From the NCBI GenBank assembly GCA_964356225.1, contig CAYHGA010000004.1:1-62856 (forward strand): 62,856 nucleotides of DNA. Direction: 5' to 3'. The notes below the pieces were generated by a model. It searched no databases. It was not told where the DNA came from and saw nothing but the letters and a program-made list of their open reading frames with translations. A program made the position numbers and the translations under genes. This DNA is from an uncultured Gammaproteobacteria bacterium. GTDB taxonomy: Bacteria; Patescibacteriota; Microgenomatia; CAZETR01; Amesbacteraceae. Shown one piece after another: positions 9,836 to 19,324 of this stretch; the stretch's first letter is position 1; every line of letters starts with the position of its first letter.

Positions 9836-9878
9836 AGAGTATACCCTCCCCCGTCAACAATTGCAAACTATAGGATGG
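9836..9878 (-). repeat. 43-bp perfect direct repeat, copy 2, containing the sigma70 promoter of the isoprenoid cassette
   Basis: Identical to 5607..5649; -35 TTGCAA at 9861..9866, -10 TATACT at 9838..9843. Confidence 0.9.
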
Positions 9879-9961
9879 GAGAAGTGGTTTGATCTTAAGT
9901 AAAGAGCATATCCTCGATCTGCTAATTTCTTTACATTGATGATTTTTTGAATAACATCACC

Positions 9962-10682
9962 ATGTACCGGCTGGTTTTGTGGGTTTTGATAATTCTGGCT
10001 GGAATTGGAGTTGTGATATTTGACCCGATTGACTACGTTTTCTCATGCACTTTTATATTGCTGGTTTCGTATTTGACTAATCTTCTCTTTGCTAAAATTT
10101 TTGAGGTCCCGACTAACGTGGAATCGGTGTGGATAAGCGGTCTAATTTTAGGTCTAATAATAACCCCTCCTAAAACTCTTCAAGAAGCATATTTTTAACC
10201 CTGCCGCAATTGCGGTGGCAATAACTGCCTATGTAATTAAGGGCTATGCCAGTTGGTGGGTAGGGACGGCGGCAATGCTTCCATTCGTGGCTGTGGGCGG
10301 ATTTTTAATCGTGAGAAAAATCAGACGCTGGGATTTGGTTTTGTCATTTTTGATAGCGGCCCTGGCGACAGTGGCCTTGAGAAATTGGGGCAGGTTGGTG
10401 ATGAGCACGAGTTTAATATTTTTTGCCGCAATTATGATTACCGAGCCGCTGACGGCCCCGCCCACCCGGAGATTAAGAATTATTTATATTGACACTGAAG
10501 TGCAGGGGCATGTGGACCAGGTGAGAATGGCCAGAGAAATTCCGGATTACAGGGAAAGAACATTTTATATTTCCGGAAGTCACGGAGTGATAACTGCTTT
10601 CGAGGATGTATTAAAGCAGCTGAAAATTCCCAAACGGCAAATAGTGTTGACTAATCGGTACTTGACATACATAAAGGTCTAG
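9962..10682 (+). pseudogene. Decayed RnfD/NqrB-like membrane oxidoreductase with ferredoxin-reductase-type C-terminus
   Basis: PTNVESVWISGLIL, then a frameshift to KHIFNPAAIAVA...ASWWVG...MITEPLTAP, fused abruptly to the C-terminal IPDYRERTFYISGSHG; central domain missing. Confidence 0.7.
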
Positions 10683-10690
10683 ACTATTAT
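10662..10690 (+). promoter_or_regulatory. sigma70 promoter
   Basis: TTGACA-N17-TATTAT, 8 nt before the ATG at 10699. Confidence 0.7.
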
Positions 10691-10698
10691 GTAGAAGT

Positions 10699-11871
10699 AT
10701 GCTGACTAGACACTTAGATCGAGCCCTGTCGGAGCATTTGGGAAAGTATAAGGAAGTGTTAGTTTTGTTGGGGGCCCGGCAGGTGGGGAAAACTACCATT
10801 ATCAAAAGGATTTTTCCAGAAGCGCAGTACTTGATTGCCGATAATGAGCCTATCAAAAACGCACTTGAACGCTATGACCCAGTTATTTATAAGCAGTTAT
10901 TAAATACCGGCGATAGTTTAGTGGTGATCGACGAAATTCAGAAGTTGAGCGACCCGGGAAGAGCGGCAAAAATATTTTTTGATCAATTGCCCGAATACAG
11001 ACTAATCATTACCGGTTCTTCCGCCTTTAATATCAAGAATAAAGCATCTGAAAGTTTGGCAGGTAGAAAGGTGGACTATCACCTTTATCCATTGTCGCTT
11101 TCTGAATATTTGGTTCAGAAAGGACTTGAGAGCGCGTTATCTTTGATTCCTCTGGAAAGACTAATCAGGGGAGAAAAAGCAAAAGAGGTGATTAGACCTT
11201 ATGACCATAAGGAAATATTAAATAATGTTTTAGTCTACGGATTATATCCGGCCATGCAGTCTCATCCCAGCGATTCGGCTTATCTGACCAATTTAATTGA
11301 TAGTGTGGTATTTAAAGATTTGGTTGAGCTGTCGTTATTGGAAAATAAGCCGGCTGCCCTATCACTTTTGAAATTACTAGCGCATCAAATTGGTTCCCTG
11401 GTTAATTATGCGGAATTGTCATCTAAATTGGGAGTAGGGGCCAGAACTGTAAAAAGATACATCGAGCTATTTGAGCAGAGTTTTATTATTTTTACCATCA
11501 GGCCTTATTCGTCAAGGAAACGGGATGAAATTGCAAAAATGCCAAAGGTCTTTTTCTATGATTTGGGATTAAGAAATGCGTTAATAAATAATTTTGAACA
11601 CATAAGCGCCCGGGGAGACGCGGGTCAGCTCTTTGAGAATTTTATTGTGACCGAGCTACTTAAATATAATTATTATGGAAATTTTGGCTATAGCCTTAAT
11701 TACTGGCGAACTAAGGGTGGTTCGGAAGTGGATTTGGTGTTGAGCAAGCCGGGTCACGATACTATAGCAGTAGAGATAAAAAGTAAGCAGCAAAGAATTA
11801 ATCGGTCTTTCCTTTCCCGATATCCTGGATCTAGAATGGCGATTATTTCCAGAGATAATTATTGGGTTTAA
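10699..11871 (+). CDS. AAA_14/DUF4143 ATP-binding protein
   Basis: GARQVGKT, IDEIQK, TGSS, KVFFYDLGLRN, GQLFENF and YWRTKGGSEVD motifs. Confidence 0.88.
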   Translation: MLTRHLDRALSEHLGKYKEVLVLLGARQVGKTTIIKRIFPEAQYLIADNEPIKNALERYDPVIYKQLLNTGDSLVVIDEIQKLSDPGRAAKIFFDQLPEYRLIITGSSAFNIKNKASESLAGRKVDYHLYPLSLSEYLVQKGLESALSLIPLERLIRGEKAKEVIRPYDHKEILNNVLVYGLYPAMQSHPSDSAYLTNLIDSVVFKDLVELSLLENKPAALSLLKLLAHQIGSLVNYAELSSKLGVGARTVKRYIELFEQSFIIFTIRPYSSRKRDEIAKMPKVFFYDLGLRNALINNFEHISARGDAGQLFENFIVTELLKYNYYGNFGYSLNYWRTKGGSEVDLVLSKPGHDTIAVEIKSKQQRINRSFLSRYPGSRMAIISRDNYWV

Positions 11872-11881
11872 TTTAATAAGA

Positions 11882-12754
11882 ATGGAGATAGGAATTGTGG
11901 GGTTGCCGAATGTGGGGAAGAGCACGCTGTTTAATGCGCTGTTGAAAAAACAGGTGGCGTATGTGGCTAATTTTCCCTTTGCTACTATTGAACCGAATGT
12001 GGGAGTAGTGCCGGTACCGGATGATCGGCTCGACAAGCTCGCCGAAGTACTCAGTACTCAGTACTCAGGAAAAAAAATACCCATAGTTAATGCCACGGTG
12101 AAGTTTGTGGATATTGCAGGTTTGGTCAAAGGAGCAAGCGAGGGAGAAGGGTTGGGGAATAAATTTCTGGCCCATATCCGCGAGGTGGACGCGGTGATGT
12201 ATGTGCTGCGGGATTTTTCCGATGAAAATATAATCCGGGCCGGATCTGTTGACCCTAAAAGCGATCATGAAATTTTGCAGCTGGAACTGGAACTGGCGGG
12301 TATAAATAAGCCGGAGATAGTGGTTTTGAATACCGACGAAGATAAACTTAATGGGGAGGGCCTGCGGATTTGTGCCAAACTGGAGGAAGAACTGGCGGGA
12401 CTTTCTGAAACAGAACAAAAAGAATATTTAAAATCGCTGGGACTGGAAAAATCGGGCCTGGAAAAAGTGATACAGAGGGCGTTTGAGATGCTGGGACTGA
12501 TGACATTTTTGACGGCGGGGGAGATAGAAGCCCGGGCCTGGACTATTAAAGCAGGGACGAAGGCCCCGCAGGCAGCCGGAGTAATTCACACTGATTTTGA
12601 AAAGAATTTCATTAAGGCCGATGTGGTGGGCTGGGAAGATTTTGTGAGAGCCGGAGGGTGGGTAGGGGCCAGGACGCTTGGAAAAGTGCGGCTGGAGGGC
12701 CGCGAATATGTGATGCAGGAAGGGGATGTGGTGGAATTTAAGGTGGGAGTATAG
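11882..12754 (+). CDS. ychF: Obg-family ATPase YchF (internally shortened, 290 aa)
   Basis: [29 protein letters not shown] and C-terminal TGS domain ([16 protein letters not shown]). Confidence 0.92.
   Translation: MEIGIVGLPNVGKSTLFNALLKKQVAYVANFPFATIEPNVGVVPVPDDRLDKLAEVLSTQYSGKKIPIVNATVKFVDIAGLVKGASEGEGLGNKFLAHIREVDAVMYVLRDFSDENIIRAGSVDPKSDHEILQLELELAGINKPEIVVLNTDEDKLNGEGLRICAKLEEELAGLSETEQKEYLKSLGLEKSGLEKVIQRAFEMLGLMTFLTAGEIEARAWTIKAGTKAPQAAGVIHTDFEKNFIKADVVGWEDFVRAGGWVGARTLGKVRLEGREYVMQEGDVVEFKVGV
12046..12066 (+). repeat. Heptamer tandem repeat (AGTACTC x3) inside ychF
   Basis: Three perfect units, 21 bp in frame, encoding VLSTQYS. Confidence 0.85.
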
Positions 12755-12769
12755 TAAAATTGGCGGACG

Positions 12770-13036
12770 ATGAATAAATATGATCTGACGGTTTTGGTGA
12801 AAAAGGCCGAGGGGGTGGAGGCCAAAATTGAGAAATTGGTCAAGGCGTTGGAGGGGAAATTGGGGAAATTTACAGAGATGGGCAAGAAACAGCTGGCTTA
12901 TCCGATAGCCAAAACCCGGGAGGCTGTGTTTTTGAATTGGATGGTTGAATTGCCGGGTGGGGGAGTGGTACAATTGGAGAAGAAGTTAACTATAGATAAG
13001 GATATTTTAAGGCACTTGTGTCTGCGCGTTCGCTAA
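12770..13036 (+). CDS. rpsF: 30S ribosomal protein S6
   Basis: MNKYDL...MGKKQLAYPI...ILRH; first gene of rpsF-ssb-rpsR. Confidence 0.9.
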   Translation: MNKYDLTVLVKKAEGVEAKIEKLVKALEGKLGKFTEMGKKQLAYPIAKTREAVFLNWMVELPGGGVVQLEKKLTIDKDILRHLCLRVR

Positions 13037-13446
13037 ATAAAGTTCAGCTAATTGGAAATTTAACCCGTGACCCGGAGTTACGGTATACGCCCCAAGGGAC
13101 GGCGGTGTGTACTATCGGGATGGCTACCAACCGGACGTGGGTAACGGAGTCGGGGGAAAAACGGGAAGAGACCGAGTTTCACCGGATTGTAGCTTGGAAT
13201 AAATTGGCAGAGCTGTGCAGCCAACTATTGTTTAAGGGGCGGAGAGTATATGTGGAGGGAAGATTGCAGACCAGGCAATGGACAGGGCAGGATGGCCAGC
13301 CGCGGCAGGCCACAGAAATTGTGATTGAAGATATGCTGGTGTTGGATAACAAAAGGCAGGATGGAGTTGAGGCGGCTACGGAGCAACCAACAGAGCAACC
13401 GGCCCCGGTTCCTGCGGCCGAAGTAGCGGAGGACATTCCTTTCTAA
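13018..13446 (+). CDS. ssb: Single-stranded DNA-binding protein
   Basis: LNKVQLIGNLTRDPELRYT; C-terminal DIPF. Confidence 0.96.
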   Translation: MSARSLNKVQLIGNLTRDPELRYTPQGTAVCTIGMATNRTWVTESGEKREETEFHRIVAWNKLAELCSQLLFKGRRVYVEGRLQTRQWTGQDGQPRQATEIVIEDMLVLDNKRQDGVEAATEQPTEQPAPVPAAEVAEDIPF

Positions 13447-13447
13447 T

Positions 13448-13678
13448 ATGCTGCAGAAGAAGAAAATCATCAGAGTGGCCAGGAATTGCCAGTTTTGTAA
13501 AGAGAAAAAGGAGCCGACGTTTAAGGATGTGGCCATGCTGTCCCGGTATATTTCGGAGAGAGGGCGGATCTTGAGTCACGACAGAACCGGGGTATGCTCC
13601 AGACATCAACGGGCGATGGCAACCGCTATTAAACAGGCCCGGCATTTGGCTATCTTGCCCTTTGTCTCCGGTTTGTAG
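13448..13678 (+). CDS. rpsR: 30S ribosomal protein S18
   Basis: CQFC...FKDV..LSRYISERGRI...QRAMATAIKQAR..AILPF. Confidence 0.95.
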   Translation: MLQKKKIIRVARNCQFCKEKKEPTFKDVAMLSRYISERGRILSHDRTGVCSRHQRAMATAIKQARHLAILPFVSGL

Positions 13679-13692
13679 TAGAGTGTTTTGAT

Positions 13693-14889
13693 ATGCGAAA
13701 AAATTTGTGGATTTTGGTGGTAGTGGTGCTGGCAGGCTATAGCGGGTTTTTGGTGGGGGAGCAGAAGCTCAAATTTGAGATCAGAAATTGGAAAGTGGAT
13801 GTAAGTAGCCGGCAGGTACCGAAAAGTACTACGGTTGATTTTGGATTATTTTGGACGGTGTGGGATAAGCTGAATCAGCAGTACGTAGATAAATCTAAGC
13901 TGAACCCGCAAAAGATGGTAGAGGGGGCGATTTCTGGGATGGTGGCAGCAGTCGGAGACCCGTATACGGTGTTTTTACCGGCAGTGCAGAATAAAGAAGC
14001 TAAGGACGAATTGGGAGGGGAGTTTGAGGGGGTGGGTATTCAGTTAGGATTTAAAGATTCCCAATTGGCGGTGGTGGCGCCACTGGAGGGAACGCCGGCT
14101 AAAAAAGCCGGAGTAAAGGCCGGAGATTTGATCGCGCATATTAAGGACGTTAAAAAAGAAGTGGATCGCTCAACCGACGGTATGACGTTGCCGGAGGCAG
14201 TAGATATTATCCGGGGGGCAAAGGGGACACAGGTAGAATTAACTTTGATACGCCAGGGAACGAGCGAGCCGATTATAGTAGACCTGGTTCGGGATACGAT
14301 TTTGGTTAAAAGCGTGACGCTAGAATTCAAGGATGATGCGGCGGTTTTGAAACTGAACCGCTTTGGAGACCGAACCCAAGATGAATGGAATGACGCTGTG
14401 GGACAAATAGTGGCTAAGGAAGCGAGTGGAATTGTATTAGACTTAAGAAACAATCCTGGGGGGTACTTGGACGGAGCGGTGTATGTGGCAGGCGAGTTTT
14501 TACCGGCGGGGGAAGTGGTGGTGGTCCAACAGTTTGGAGACGGAACAAAGGAAGACCGGAGAGTAGACCGGAACGGGAGATTGATGCAGACGAAATTGGT
14601 GGTGCTTATAAATGAAGGGTCGGCGTCGGCGGCAGAAATTTTGGCCGGAGCGCTGCGGGATTATAACCGGGCCAGGATTGTGGGGGTAAAATCATTCGGC
14701 AAGGGCAGTGTGCAGCAGCCGGAGGATTTTGCGGATGGGGCGGGATTGCATGTGACTATTGCCAAGTGGTTACGGCCTTCGGGAGAGTGGATTGATAAAG
14801 TGGGTATCAGGCCGGATGTGGAGGTAAAGATAGACGACAAAGACGAATCTGATGACCTGCAGCTGAAAAAAGCAATGGAGTTGCTGTAA
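13693..14889 (+). CDS. S41 C-terminal processing protease (CtpA/Prc family)
   Basis: GDPYT, PDZ domain GVGI, LDLRNNPGG, SASAAEI and KSFGKGSVQ motifs. Confidence 0.92.
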   Translation: MRKNLWILVVVVLAGYSGFLVGEQKLKFEIRNWKVDVSSRQVPKSTTVDFGLFWTVWDKLNQQYVDKSKLNPQKMVEGAISGMVAAVGDPYTVFLPAVQNKEAKDELGGEFEGVGIQLGFKDSQLAVVAPLEGTPAKKAGVKAGDLIAHIKDVKKEVDRSTDGMTLPEAVDIIRGAKGTQVELTLIRQGTSEPIIVDLVRDTILVKSVTLEFKDDAAVLKLNRFGDRTQDEWNDAVGQIVAKEASGIVLDLRNNPGGYLDGAVYVAGEFLPAGEVVVVQQFGDGTKEDRRVDRNGRLMQTKLVVLINEGSASAAEILAGALRDYNRARIVGVKSFGKGSVQQPEDFADGAGLHVTIAKWLRPSGEWIDKVGIRPDVEVKIDDKDESDDLQLKKAMELL

Positions 14890-14903
14890 TAGCGTAAGTT
14901 GAG

Positions 14904-14932
14904 TTGACAAAGTAACGGAAATAGCGTATATT
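14904..14932 (+). promoter_or_regulatory. sigma70 promoter
   Basis: TTGACA-N17-TATATT, 7 nt before the ATG at 14940. Confidence 0.7.
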
Positions 14933-14939
14933 GGGACAT

Positions 14940-16103
14940 ATGAAGATCATAAGAGTGCTTGAACAGCAAATTTCTCAACGGCTAGACCAGTCAAACAAGG
15001 GAATAGTGATTTATGGTCCACGGCAGGCGGGAAAGACGACTTTGGTGAATGATCTTCTCTTGCAAAAAAGCTGGAGGACGTTGGTCGTAAATGGAGACCG
15101 CAGGGGAGAGTGGTGGGACATGCTTGTGAGTCGGGATCTAGCACAGTTTAAGGTTTTATTGGGCGGATATCGGGCTATATTTGTAGATGAAGCACAAAGA
15201 ATTCCAGAGATAGGATTGATTTTGAAGATAATATTGGATGAATTCCCAAATATGAAAGTAATAGTTACGGGGTCATCGTCTTTGGATTTGGCCAGTAAAG
15301 TGAGTGAACCATTAACCGGAAGAGTGACTACCTATAGACTTTACCAGATTTCTATAGCAGAGCTGGCAGGGATTTATACCGGATACGAATTAAGAGAGAG
15401 TCTAAATGAGAGGTTGATTTTTGGATCTTATCCGGAAATTTTTTCGTTGCACGGAGCTGAAGCCAAAGCAGATTATTTGCGCAACTTGACAGACTCTTAT
15501 TTGTATAGGGATTTGCTAGAGTTTGGGGGAATAAGGAATTCCAGTAAAATTAGGGATTTGCTAAAGCTTTTGGCTTTCCAGATAGGGTCTCAGGTGTCTT
15601 TGACGGAACTGGCAAATACTTTGGAATTAAGCCGGATGACAGTAGAAAGATATATAGATTTATTGGAGAAATCGTTTGTAGTATTTAGATTGTCGGGATT
15701 AAGCCGTAATCTGCGCAAAGAAGTTTCCAAAATGGATAAAATTTATTTTTACGATGTGGGGGTGAGAAATACTGTAATCGGAAATCTGAATTCTTTGCAG
15801 AGCCGGGACGACGCGGGCCGGTTGTGGGAGAATTTTTTGATGATAGAGAGGAAAAAACGCTTGGAGTATGAAGGAACGTTGTACGCTCATTATTTTTGGC
15901 GGTTAACTACCGGGGCAGAACTTGATTTGGTAGAGGAGACGGGGGGTAAATTAACGGGGTTTGAATTCAAATACTCTCAAAAAATTGTTAAAGCACCTCA
16001 GTCTTGGGCAAAGATATATCCAGGGTCAGAGTTCAAAACTATCAACCGCCAAAATTATCTGGATTTTGTACAGTTGGAAAAAGCCATGGATATGTTAAAA
16101 TAG
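14940..16103 (+). CDS. AAA_14/DUF4143 ATP-binding protein (second copy)
   Basis: [32 protein letters not shown] and GRLWENF motifs. Confidence 0.88.
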   Translation: MKIIRVLEQQISQRLDQSNKGIVIYGPRQAGKTTLVNDLLLQKSWRTLVVNGDRRGEWWDMLVSRDLAQFKVLLGGYRAIFVDEAQRIPEIGLILKIILDEFPNMKVIVTGSSSLDLASKVSEPLTGRVTTYRLYQISIAELAGIYTGYELRESLNERLIFGSYPEIFSLHGAEAKADYLRNLTDSYLYRDLLEFGGIRNSSKIRDLLKLLAFQIGSQVSLTELANTLELSRMTVERYIDLLEKSFVVFRLSGLSRNLRKEVSKMDKIYFYDVGVRNTVIGNLNSLQSRDDAGRLWENFLMIERKKRLEYEGTLYAHYFWRLTTGAELDLVEETGGKLTGFEFKYSQKIVKAPQSWAKIYPGSEFKTINRQNYLDFVQLEKAMDMLK

Positions 16104-16110
16104 CTTCATT

Positions 16111-16434
16111 ATGAAAGTAGCTGGACATCCGGTTTATTATCACGAGGCCAAGGTGACTTGTGCGTGCGGGAACACGTTCACTACGGGTTCGACGAAGCCG
16201 GAGATCAGGGTAGAAATTTGCGCCAAGTGCCATCCGTTCTTCACGGGAGAGATGCGGTTTGTAGATACTTTGGGACGGGTGGAGAGATTCCAGCAGAAAC
16301 AAGCGGGGACTTCGAGCAAGGTAGTGTCTAAGAAACAGAAGAAACTGCTCAAAAAACAGCAGGAAGAGGCGGAGGAGGCAGCCAGGCCGAAGACGATTCG
16401 GGAGATGCTTGAAAGAGTAAAAATAAAAGCATAG
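16111..16434 (+). CDS. rpmE: 50S ribosomal protein L31 (Zn-type, Lys/Glu-rich tail)
   Basis: HPVY...CACGN...[12 protein letters not shown]...GRVERF. Confidence 0.95.
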   Translation: MKVAGHPVYYHEAKVTCACGNTFTTGSTKPEIRVEICAKCHPFFTGEMRFVDTLGRVERFQQKQAGTSSKVVSKKQKKLLKKQQEEAEEAARPKTIREMLERVKIKA

Positions 16435-17205
16435 ATGGATTATTTTGAGTGGAAAAAATTGCAGGGGGACAAGCAGCCTGTAAACCAGGAATTTAAGGCT
16501 GTTATTTTGGAGGTCAGGCCGGGGGTAGGAGGGGATGAAGCCAAAATTTGGGCAGGGGATGTGGTCAGGATGTATTCCAGATATGCGGAAGCCAGAAGTT
16601 GGAAGTTAGAGATGTTGGATGACGGAGTGATCAAGATTAGAGGGAAAGGAGCATATGAGCGGATGAAATGGGAAACGGGAGTGCATCGGGTGCAGAGAGT
16701 GCCGGAAACAGAGGCCCAGGGGAGGATCCATACCTCGACGGCTTCGGTAGTGGCCCTGCCGGAAGTGACGGAGAAAGAAATAGAAGTGAGAGAAGACGAT
16801 TTGGGTTGGGAATTTACGCGGGGGGGCGGGCATGGCGGACAGAATGTAAACAAAGTGGCGACTGCCGTGCGTTTGACGCACAAACCGACGGGAATAGTGG
16901 TGCAGTCGCGGCAAGAGAGGTTTCAGGAGCAAAATAGGAAAATTGCTTTGGAGCTGCTGCGGGCGCAGTTGTGGGAAAGAGAGGATGAGAGGAAGCGTCT
17001 AGAGACCAGTAATCAGCGTTTAGCGATTGGGAGGTCGATGAGATCGGAGAAAATTAGGACTTATAATTACCCGCAGAACCGGGTGACGGACCACAGGCTG
17101 AAGAAAAGTTGGTATAAACTGGACAAAATAATAGAGGGAGACCTATTTGATCTCACTGACAATAACACCGGCAGCGATGATGCCGGCGCCGATGACGAAG
17201 GGTAG
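16435..17205 (+). CDS. prfA: Peptide chain release factor 1 lacking N-terminal domain 1
   Basis: GGDEA, GVHRVQRVPETEAQGRIHTS (PxT motif), GGQNVNK and RTYNYPQNRVTDHR; only about 22 aa precede the domain 2 start. Confidence 0.9.
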   Translation: MDYFEWKKLQGDKQPVNQEFKAVILEVRPGVGGDEAKIWAGDVVRMYSRYAEARSWKLEMLDDGVIKIRGKGAYERMKWETGVHRVQRVPETEAQGRIHTSTASVVALPEVTEKEIEVREDDLGWEFTRGGGHGGQNVNKVATAVRLTHKPTGIVVQSRQERFQEQNRKIALELLRAQLWEREDERKRLETSNQRLAIGRSMRSEKIRTYNYPQNRVTDHRLKKSWYKLDKIIEGDLFDLTDNNTGSDDAGADDEG

Positions 17206-18039
17206 AGTGAGGGGTTCGCGGAGCCAAAAGTAGGCCAGGGGAGTGGCAAAAAGGGGCATCAAATAAGTGAAAACATTGGCTTCAGATGTTTCAATGGATT
17301 TTTGCGCCTGCTGGAATAGAAAATAGGCTAAGGCCCCGGAGAAAACGGCCATATAAATTACGCCGAGATGAGCGTAATAGTTATTGGTTATTGGTTCATG
17401 GTTCATAGTAAGTAGTGAAATTATGGACATGGAGAGAAAGCCGATGAAGAAATTCGAGGTGGTGATAAGCAGAGGGCTAAGTTCGTGGCGCAACAAATTT
17501 TTGGAAAGAATAAGATACACAACCCAAACGATATCGGCCGTTACTATCAGTAAGTTGCCGATTAGTGATCCGGAAAGGGGCTGAAAGACTATAACGACGG
17601 AACCGATGAAGGCGATGGCGATACCGATTTTTTCCCGGCGGGTGACGTGGTCTTTGAGAAACCACCAGCCGGCTAAAGTGGAGAGGATAGGGGAGGCGGA
17701 GGAAAGAAGGGAAGCGTCGATAGAGGTGGTGAGGCTGAAACCCCAAAAAAGTAACAGCAATTGTAAGCTGGTACCGGTTAATCCGCAGACGACGAGATAA
17801 AACCAGTCGCGGGGAGTAAAGCGGGCAAGTTTGAACCAAAACCGGGGTTCGAAGACAAAGAGCAAGGGAATAAGAATTAAGGACGTAAGAAAGAAACGAT
17901 AGGTGAGAAAAACGATGGGGTCAAAATAGCCGAGGGTAAATTTGATGACCGGGCCGGCAAATCCCCAGATGGCGACGGCGATTAAAAGAAGGATATAAGC
18001 TCTGATGCGGGCAGACATACGCAAATTTTCAATTTTCAA
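17143..18039 (-). CDS. EamA/DMT family transporter
   Basis: About ten TM helices in two repeats; AIWG, YRF and GVIYMAVFSGALAYFLF motifs. Confidence 0.88.
   Translation of the reverse strand: MKIENLRMSARIRAYILLLIAVAIWGFAGPVIKFTLGYFDPIVFLTYRFFLTSLILIPLLFVFEPRFWFKLARFTPRDWFYLVVCGLTGTSLQLLLLFWGFSLTTSIDASLLSSASPILSTLAGWWFLKDHVTRREKIGIAIAFIGSVVIVFQPLSGSLIGNLLIVTADIVWVVYLILSKNLLRHELSPLLITTSNFFIGFLSMSIISLLTMNHEPITNNYYAHLGVIYMAVFSGALAYFLFQQAQKSIETSEANVFTYLMPLFATPLAYFWLREPLTLPFVIGAGIIAAGVIVSEIK
17378..17405 (+). repeat. Heptamer tandem repeat inside the EamA gene
   Basis: tagttat tggttat tggttca tggttca; encodes TMNHEPITNNY. Confidence 0.75.
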
Positions 18040-18044
18040 TTTTT
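18024..18044 (+). repeat. Heptamer tandem repeat at the hisS/EamA junction
   Basis: aattttc aattttc aattttt. Confidence 0.7.
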
Positions 18045-19249
18045 AAATAATTAAGTAATTCTTCAATTTTCAAATCTTCCTGTTCGCCAGTCTTCATGTC
18101 TTTAAATTTTATTGTGTCTTTTGCCGCCTCTTCCGGTCCTAAAATCGCTACAAAGGGGATCCCTTTTACGTTGGCATATTTTAATTGCTTTTCGAGTTTT
18201 GTTCGGTCGTCGGGGTAGAGCTCGGTGGCAATATTCGCCTGACGAAGTTTTGTACTCAATTCTATTGATTTATTAAGTAGTTCTGGAGAGAATATAGTAA
18301 CTAAGACGCGGGTGGAAGTGGGGGAAATGTTTGACCAAAGGTTGAGTTCCTCGATAACGTCACAGATGCGGTCGAGGCCTAAAGTTGTACCGACAGCCGG
18401 GAGGTCCGGTCCGCCCAGAGACTTGATGAGATTGTCATAACGGCCGCCGCCGGTAATTGAGCCGATTTTGGGTTCGGTGACCACTGTTTCAAAAATGGCG
18501 CCAGTATAGTAGTCCAAACCGCGGACGAGACGGGGGTCAAAGACAACGTTTTTGGCCCCCAGTTTTTGGGCTATGCCTATGATTTGTTGTAAGTTTTCGT
18601 CGGGTCGGACTGACTTTAAGCCGGTAAAGATGTTTTGAATTTCATTTGCAGATATGCCTTTTTGGGATAACTCTTGTTTAACTTCGTCTATAGATTTTTT
18701 ATCCAGTTTGTCTATGGTTTGCAGGACTGATAAATCTTTGGTGATGCTAAACAATATCCGGCGGGAATTGATGCGAATCTGGAAGTCTTTAAAGTCGAGA
18801 GCGGTGAGAGAATCGGAGATGATGGCCAGAATTTCGGCGTCGACCAATGGCGAGACACTTCCGACGGTGTCAATATCACATTGATAAAATTCGCGATAAC
18901 GGCTTTTTTGAGTGTTTTCGGCCCGGAAGGCGGACTGAATTTGGTAGCGCTTAAATGGTTTAGGCAGATTGGGATATTGGGCCATGACCCGGGCTAAGGG
19001 GACGGTGAGATCATACTTGAGTCCCACATCGCGACCCCCCGGATCTTTAAACAGATACATCAATTTTTCTGCTTCCTGACCGTATTTTCCAGTTAGGACT
19101 TCAGTGTATTCGAGGGTGGGGGTTTGCAGCTCGGAAAAGCCATATTTTTCAAATACTCCCTTCAATATGTTTATGACACGCGAACGGATGGCCATAGTCT
19201 GCGGCAAAAAATCCCGGAAGCCTTTAAGGGTTTGAATAGTGTTTGACAT
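18029..19249 (-). CDS. hisS: Histidine--tRNA ligase
   Basis: KGFRDFLP, LKYDLTVPLAR, RYREFYQCDID, LVRGLDYYTG and GGGRYD motifs; anticodon-binding domain present. Confidence 0.97.
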   Translation of the reverse strand: MSNTIQTLKGFRDFLPQTMAIRSRVINILKGVFEKYGFSELQTPTLEYTEVLTGKYGQEAEKLMYLFKDPGGRDVGLKYDLTVPLARVMAQYPNLPKPFKRYQIQSAFRAENTQKSRYREFYQCDIDTVGSVSPLVDAEILAIISDSLTALDFKDFQIRINSRRILFSITKDLSVLQTIDKLDKKSIDEVKQELSQKGISANEIQNIFTGLKSVRPDENLQQIIGIAQKLGAKNVVFDPRLVRGLDYYTGAIFETVVTEPKIGSITGGGRYDNLIKSLGGPDLPAVGTTLGLDRICDVIEELNLWSNISPTSTRVLVTIFSPELLNKSIELSTKLRQANIATELYPDDRTKLEKQLKYANVKGIPFVAILGPEEAAKDTIKFKDMKTGEQEDLKIEELLNYLKIEN

Positions 19250-19324
19250 AATTGTAATTTTAAGGTATTATAAAGCTTGAGAAGTCGGTATATGTGCGGA
19301 TAGCCATGGCCGGCTTTTCTGCTT

